Assembly: GCA_030141605.1 (NCBI GenBank)
Contig: JAQGDQ010000861.1
Coordinates: 1-64,000, forward strand
Reading direction: 5' to 3'
Length of the DNA: 64,000 nucleotides
Source: Tubiluchus corallicola
Lineage: Eukaryota; Animalia; Priapulida
Part shown: positions 24,186 through 64,000 of the stretch, one piece after another
Position numbering within the stretch: position 1 is the stretch's first letter
Layout of the letters: each line of letters begins with the position of its first letter
Made by a program: the position numbers and the translations under genes
The notes under the pieces: generated by a model
Told to the model about the DNA's origin: nothing
Seen by the model: only the letters and a program-made list of their open reading frames with translations
Database searches by the model: none

Positions 24186-25035
24186 GATTATCAGTATGAC
24201 TTAGTTATGATTTTTGTTTACAAGCATGATTACTAGTATGACGTAATTATGATTTTTGTTTACAAGCATGATTACTAGTATGTCTTAGTTATGATTTTTG
24301 TTTACAAGCATGATTACTAGTATGACTTTGTTATGATTTTTGTTTACAAGCATGATTACTAGTATGACTTAGTTATGATTTTTGTTTACAAGCATGATTA
24401 CTAGTATGACTTAGTTATGATTTTCGTTTACAAGCGTGATTACTAGTATGACTTTGTTATGATTTTTGTTTACAAACATGATTACTAGTATGACTTTGTT
24501 ATGATTTTTGTTTACAAGCGTGATTACTAGTATGACTTAGTTATGATTTTTGTTTACAAGCATGATTACTAGTATGACTTAGCTATGTTTTTGTTTACAA
24601 GCATGATTACTAGTATGACTTAGCTATGTTTTTGTTTACAAGCATGATTACTAGTATGACTTAGCTATGTTTTTGTTTACAAGCATGATTACTAGTATGA
24701 CTTAGCTATGTTTTTGTTTACAAGCATGATTACTAGTATGACTTAGCTATGTTTTTGTTTACAAGCATGATTACTAGTATGACTTAGCTATGTTTTTGTT
24801 TACAAGCATGATTACTAGTATGACTTAGTTATGAATTTTGTTTACAAGCATGATTACTAGTATGACTTTATGATTTTCGTTTACAAGCATGATTACTAGT
24901 ATGACTTTGTTATGATTTTTGTTTACAAGCATGATTACTAGTATGACTTTGTTATGATTTTTGTTTACAAACATGATTACTAGTATGACTTTGTTATGAT
25001 TTTTGTTTACAAGCGTGATTACTAGTATGATTTTT
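24186..25035. repeat. 42-bp minisatellite, about 20 copies
   Basis: Unit catgattactagtatgacttagttatgatttttgtttacaag. Confidence 0.95.
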
Positions 25036-25447
25036 ATGATAGTTGATATTAGGTGGCAATATTCTATTGGGTCAATGAAAAAGAATAAAAGCTCAGATAT
25101 TTTAATGGATAGCAAAACTGATGCAAAATTTAGTCGTGTTGGTTTTCTGTTTGCACAATAAACAGTTTAAAATGAGAAACTGGCTGCAAACCGTTACGCT
25201 TCAGTCATGGACTTGCTCATATTTTCAGTTTATAAAAGTTTGAAACTGAATTGTCCAAAATTCTGACGAAAAGCAACAAGTAGGGCTATAGAAAACATTC
25301 AAGATCGGCACTTTTAGACCTGACTGTTGGTGTAGCCATGAATTGATATTTTTGTGGTCCATTTTGTGAAAAGCAATCTCATGTTTTCCGTTGTTCCAGC
25401 ACGTTCATTTTACAGCAGAAATAATCTTTTTCTGTTTGCTTTTTCAG

Positions 25448-25532
25448 ATTGGTGAAGTAGAAATTTTAGTATCTGACCAGAATGAGGTTCCAACTGCACT
25501 GAGTCTAATAGATGAGTTAATAGTAAAACTTG
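25448..25532 (+). CDS. THTPA: THTPA coding exon 2 (IGEVEILV...LIVKL-G)
   Basis: ttttcag acceptor, g|gtaaat donor; conserved GEVE motif. Confidence 0.9.
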
Positions 25533-27105
25533 GTAAATGTTATTATATTGCTCAATGTTTTGTCTTTGTTTTAACAAAAATGTCTCTGCTCTACAAAGCG
25601 TCATATTTTTATTGATCTTCATAATCAGCTAAGTCTCAGACTTGTGTCACCTACGTACTGCCTTATTGCATACAGAGCTTCTGTTAGCTGTAGTTTAAAA
25701 CTTGAAAATTTTAACTCCCAGATGACTGTTAGGTGCAGCCATTATAACGGTACGTCGTTTGACACAAGTTTAGGTAACATAGCATAAAGTTTGAAAAAAT
25801 AATTAGAGCATTCATAGCACACATTTCACTAACTAACTTAAATTACTTTATTTTCTCAGTAAGGTCACTAACATGTGTTTTTGGTACTAGGTGGTGTGAA
25901 CATTTTAAATTATTAAGAATTTATACATAAGTTTGATAAAAAACTAAACAAAAATATATTTTTTACTCTCCAATAGCTTAAACTGTTGCAGTTCAACTTA
26001 AATTACTCTAATTCATTAATTTGTTAAGTTAATATAAATTTGTATTGGTCCATTCATTTAAAAACAAAATCCATTCTTATTGTTTTGCTTTGTGCGAAAA
26101 GATTAATAAATTTCTCCTTGATCGACACTGTGTTACCGACAGTGCTTTCTCTACTTAGCGTGCAGCATGTTATCTCAGGCATATGCGCATAACATCCAAA
26201 CACCACGTTGCCGGAGCTGTGACGCACACGGTTCCGTCACGCGCTCTGATTATATAGAAGGATTTTCAAGTATGTACAAGTATAAAGAAAGATGTAAAGA
26301 AAAAAGACACTTTATGTTGAATATGAACGGTAATATCGAGTGAAAATAGGGGGCGCTGCAGCTCCACAGTGCATATACGCTAGCTACCGCTGATTCAGGT
26401 CATAATAAGTTGAAGGTTGAAAGGATGAAGCTTCTGCATATGTAAAATAAGCAGGCTTCTAGAGATTTTGTGCATAATGTCAAGTGCCAAGTGTGCAATC
26501 GTCAAAAAAATACAGTAAACTATGTTTAATTCGAACTGGTATTCTTGTGTATCTCGAGCAAATATTCTGGAACGGATTTTCCCTTTGACACACATCATGT
26601 AACTCGAATTATCTCGTAACTCGAACTGAATTCCTAGTACAATTCTTAAGAATCTGAGTGAAATTACCTTGCTTATTTCGAACAACCTCCCGAGTGAAAG
26701 CATGCACCACATTACAATTTTAACTGCTAATTTCAGCAAAAATAGTGAGATTTCTTGTATTACCTTAGCAGAACGGTGCACTCAGTATGGCTTAACGAAC
26801 GTGGTTTATTATAATTATTGCAGATTTCCATTAACCATGCTACTCAGAATACAATAGAGTTGGAGCAGTTATTTTATTTTTGATTATTCTTGAAAATTGT
26901 TGTTTGATGTTTGATTAAAGGCTCAGTTTGTCATTTTCACCAGCTGTAGTATTACTAGTGTATTGTCCAACATTGATGAATGACTCAATCTTGTTTTTTT
27001 ACAAATATCGCCCAACTCGAACTTTCGCATAAGTCGAACAAACTTTCCGGTTCCGACGTGTTTGAGTTGTACATAGTTTACTATAGTGCTAGTTGTATTT
27101 TGTAG

Positions 27106-27218
27106 GAATTGGTCAGAAGAGAACAGAAGGAAAGGTTTTGCATTATCTATCATCACGCAATCCTTCTTTATATCAGAGAATAAGTGCTCAGACAGCAGGG
27201 GTGAATGAAGATAAATGA
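27106..27218 (+). CDS. THTPA: THTPA last coding exon (..EGKVLHYLSSRNPSLYQRI..stop); total about 212 aa
   Basis: tttgtag acceptor, phase matches exon 2; K..YL...P..YQR resembles the THTPA C-terminus. Confidence 0.85.
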
Positions 27219-27398
27219 TCACAGCTTCCATGATTAGTAAGTTGATGACACTTTTAGAGTTCTAACATTGTGAAAAGTGATTGTGTTTGTGTCTGTAGTG
27301 ATAATAAAATACTGATAACTAATGATCTATTTCCTATTACACTGCCGTTTTCGTTTAGGAAACAAACAATGGTCTATATGGCCTACATACTTCAAGTA

Positions 27399-27853
27399 CC
27401 GTATTTTCCCGTGTATAAGAGACCCTTTTTTGCTCAGAATTTTCACTTTAAAAATCGGGGGTCTCTTATACATGGGAGTAAGTCTTTTCAATAAGATGCA
27501 TAAATTGTGACACTAATGATTTTAAAGAAATAAGTGCTCTACAACTGTTTTGCGTGTCGCGTTCGACTATGAAGCGGTTGTAAGCAATACAAGCATCGTG
27601 ACACAGGCATTATCTCCTCGTTTTCTCTTTTCCTGTTACAGGTTTGCAGGTACGCACTTTAATATATACCAGTACTCTTTTTCTACAACACATTAACTGG
27701 TTTTATTTTGTTTTCAGTACCGCACTGAGTTGAAAAAAGTTGTACTTTACCCTCTAAAAATGTCCGTCTGAAAAAACTTTTTTCCAGAATTTTTGCCTAA
27801 AAATTGAAGGGGTCTCTTATACACAAGGGTCTCTTATACACGGGAAAATACGG
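27399..27853. mobile_element. Tc1/pogo-like MITE just downstream of THTPA stop
   Basis: TIR ccgtattttcccgtgtataagagaccc matches at both ends; TA TSD. Confidence 0.9.
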
Positions 27854-28094
27854 TAATTAAGAATGTCATATAACATAATACTCTATATAATAGCTACCAA
27901 CTCAGTTACTGTAGAACCAATATTGTCAAACCTATCATTAGTGGACCTAAACTGTGTAACTCATTACCCCTTGATGTAAGGTACCAGTATAACATTTACC
28001 ACTTCAAATCATCAGTAATGTTTGCAGCTTGTATAAATTAGTCTTCATAACCTCTTATTGTTCCTGCGTAACACACATGGCATGACCTTGTGTT

Positions 28095-28993
28095 CAGGGG
28101 CGCCGTGCACCAAAAAAATTGGTGGGGGGGGGGGGGGGGCGACTGTATATAATGGCGGAACTTAAGTGTTTAAAAAACGTATAATTTTGGAAAAAAATAA
28201 ACAGTATTTTGCGTGCAAGAAAAACGATTTATTTATTCCCAACTGGCATTTAACTTAAAGCTATAGCAACGGAAACTTAATTAAAATTTAATTAAGCATT
28301 TATTAGCTGTCAGGAATCCGACGCAGAACTATCGACGCAGAACATCACTCCAGAAGAGCTCAACCACAGACTTCAACCACAGGGCTCAAAATCAAGCCCT
28401 TTTATGCTGCAAACTCGTGGGAAAGAGTTGCTAAGGAGTAGCAAAGAGTCGGTAATGTCTAATCAGGAGGTGGCTCATCAATTTGTATCTCCCAAACCGA
28501 CTCTCTGGTACTAGGCTAGCTGGACAAACTGACTCTCTGGTACTAGGCTAGCTGGACAAACTGACTCTCTGGTACTAGGCAAGCTCAACATGACTTCAAT
28601 GTTTGCATTGTTTTTGCTCTGTTATTTCACTTATTCTCTATTATAACACACTGCTGAAAGAAGCTCGAATGCTAACTGAGCCGTTTTGTTAACTAACAGT
28701 CTTTTGTGCAAAGACGCTAATGCTACTCAACGAGCTGCTTTGTTAACTGTTCCTGCCTGCCTCCTGAATAGATTACATGCAAACAAATTAACTACATCCT
28801 GACTTTCAGGTAAACACGTACTCATGCTCATACTGTTCCCATTTATGGAGCGCTGGCCCGCTATTGCGTGTCAAAACGTCGGAAATAAATTTGCTTACCG
28901 GCCTCATTACGAGCCGCTGACGCCCTTCAAATTTTTGACATTTTCTAAAAAAATTGGGGGGGGGGGTCGGGCTCCTATGGCACGACGCCACTG
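28095..28993. mobile_element. Non-autonomous hAT element containing a nested solo-LTR-like insert (28308-28804)
   Basis: Imperfect TIR caggggcgccgtgc / gcacgacgccactg; perfect 8-bp TSD cttgtgtt; inner segment bounded by tgtcagga / tcctgact. Confidence 0.8.
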
Positions 28994-29823
28994 CTTGTGT
29001 TCTTTTCCGAGTAGAACCCAGAGTACTTTCTGATCTCACTGAGCTGAATGATCTTCACAAGCCACTCTTCCTATCCTTTTGAAAATTCCTTTATCCGTTA
29101 TTTTTGTCCTTGTTTTGTCCAACTGCCCAAAACGCTCATTTTTATCTTTCTCTTTTTCAATTCTTTGGACATATCTATAGTAGTGCAAGCGCCTAACTAG
29201 TTTTTACTTCTGATTCTTGTTGTCAATGATGTCATAACCTAATCATTATTATCTGTACATTTTTTCATTGCTTCCATAGATTGTATAAGTGTATTTCCAA
29301 ATAAATAAAAATTAAGAAAAAAATTAGATTTTTTACAAAGTGTTGTTACCTGACTGGGAATCTTAGCTTTACAATGACTAATGATCCAAGCAGTAACCTT
29401 TTCCTTGTGTAATATAATGCATATAGTTTGTTATAAGTATGTAGTATTATTGTCCAAGTCAGTAGATTTGTTCTTAATCAATAAGCCTAGAAATAATGAA
29501 GTTGAACTCAAATCAAAATGTATTTAACTCCTGTTGTTGATTAATTGCATTATTAACCCAAAGTTTTTTATCATTTCATAACAAATTTGACCTGTATTTC
29601 ACATAAAATCTAAATGCTATTTTTAGTTTAATCAAGATCGACCTTATTTTGTTGCCCGCTAATTAAACTACATGTATATTCTTTTCTCTGGATTATATAG
29701 CGAATGTCATAATTTTAAAATTATTAAAGTTTCCTAAATTAAACTGATAACATTAATTCCCACCAGTGTCTAAAAAAATCTTTTTATCTATATTCGGTAA
29801 AGGATAGCAGACTAGGTGACTTT

Positions 29824-30109
29824 ATAGTCTTTTTGCTATCCTTTCTCTAGTTCTAGATCTATCTATACATTTTAACCATTTTTCAAAACTTATTAGAGAT
29901 TCTTTTATTAATCATATTTTATTGTAACACTATAAAGAGATAAATAAATTGAATTGAGTTGAATTGAATAGTCTTTTCGCTATCCTTTCTCTAGTTCTAG
30001 ACCTATCTATACATTTTAACCATTCTTCAAAACTTATTAGCGATTCTTTTATTAGTCATGTTTATTGTAGTATTATAAAGAGATAAATAAATTAAAATTG
30101 AATTGAATA
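29824..30109 (+). repeat. Tandem duplication of a ~143-bp LINE-like 3' tail
   Basis: tagtctttt.gctatcctttctctagttctaga...aataaa..(ttgaa)n occurs twice. Confidence 0.8.
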
Positions 30110-31539
30110 AGAATGCCAGAGTTGTTAGACACGTGATCGTGCATTGACACATTCATGCTAAGGTTGGTGAACATTCTAATTCTCAGTATTTCTCTGTAGG
30201 GCAGAAATTGTGCGTGTTTTTGCTTCAGACGTGCCGCCATCTATGCCATCCGCATGAAGTTGTGGAGCGGAATTTGTACCAGGTGGATGGCTGCTAACCT
30301 TGCCTCACCAAGATACCCTGTAAAGCTCCACTGTTATGCCCTGTGATTAGACAGACAGCTCTGAAGCCCGAAAGCGAAAGTCAGACAACATCAGCAAAGT
30401 CGCTGCCAATTGTCCAAAGAAATAAAATTTTTATATGTGTGCTTGCAAATCAAAACCGCCCATAAGGCTGCATAGTTAAAACATTAAAATATTTCAAAGT
30501 AAAATGCAAAAAAAATTTGGTGAAATTTTTCGTTTTTACGTAAGTTTTTCGTAAGTTTTTTTTGATTTTCATAAAAACAAATGCTAAATGTATTGAACTT
30601 TTATATTCTAGCATCAAATTGTCAAGAAAATGTTCAATAAATACTAAAAATTTCATTTTATTGCTCCTTACTCACTTCTCTGGTAAGACTAGTATTGCAA
30701 TTGTAAAGAAATTGTGTTTTCAAACTCCGATAGTAGCTTATGGACCAGTCGTTTTGCTTCGGGTTTTTTCTGTTGCCAAACCCAGACCTTCGTCTGGAAG
30801 AGCCATCTATTCAATTTAAACAACATGTTCTTACAAAGTCCATAGCAACCAACATTTGTACGGTTGCTAAGTGTTTTGTACAGACACGACAAAAAACAAT
30901 GGCTAACTTTAACAGTGATTTTCTCAAGATTATGTTTTTCACTGCATAGCCTGCACCTCAACTTCAATGTGGATTATCTCAGCTTAGAAATAACATAGAC
31001 AATTGAGCGTGGTATCAAAATGATGTTCATGAAATAGAGATTCAGGATTTGTGAATAACATGCACTTTGCATGTTTCCTCAAGCCTGGCTTCCTCTGTTC
31101 GGGAAGCCAGTTAAGACTTTCACGCGTTTTCAAGACAGCTGGTAGGGTTTCCTGATGTCCGGAAGTTTTCTTTCAAATAATATGAGCAACTTTCCTAGTT
31201 GATGTGAACATTTTTGCATTGCAAACATCTCGCAGAAAAAAATGCCGCAGGAAACATGACACGGATAAAAATCTCACAGGACAAAATGGCACAAATGGAA
31301 AATTAGTATATAAAAATTTGAATATTCACTCATTAATAATTATTAGTTTGAACCATTTTTCTTTCTGACATAATCACTTGTCGAAATAATTCACTGCATA
31401 ATCTGTGTATTCACTTTAGTGACTCTTGAACGTCAATTGTATTTGCATTCTAATCATGCTTGATGTATTAGCAGTGTATGTAAGTCACACATGAGCTGGG
31501 TAATTTTTTACGTTTTAAGATGAGCGACTTTGACTTCAG

Positions 31540-63986
<32,447 letters not shown>

Positions 63987-64000
63987 GTATGCATATGTAT

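Noticed and set aside
31090-31510. NF-kB-like sites upstream of the putative TEP start
   Set aside because: Matches are partial and expected by chance; exon 1 itself is only moderately supported.

Overview
AT-rich, intron-rich invertebrate animal genomic DNA; not prokaryotic, and the species cannot be determined from sequence alone. Four protein-coding genes can be built from splice signals and motifs. (1) A minus-strand immunoglobulin-superfamily gene (signal exon 8020-7972, V-set exon 5399-5046, C2-type exon 3168-3025); its third exon lies in a near-perfect inverted duplication (1-852 vs 2620-~3470). (2) A minus-strand gene with one coding exon encoding signal / CUB-like / 5xEGF / WAP / TM (14126-12639). 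(3) THTPA (thiamine triphosphatase), 3 coding exons, 22866-27218. (4) A large thioester-containing protein gene (TEP/CD109-like, ~31540 to beyond 64000) with RKKR cleavage site, GCGEQ thioester and C3-type catalytic His. The rest is LINE fragments (RTE, CR1/L2-like, I/Jockey-like), hAT and Tc1/Tigger MITEs, solo LTRs and mini/microsatellites. Most notable: a four-member array of alternative TEP bait-region exons, three of them decaying; twister-ribozyme motifs heading two short RTE-derived elements; and a 5S-rRNA-headed SINE with a candidate HDV-like ribozyme at the head/body junction. All coordinates were read by eye and no database searches were run.
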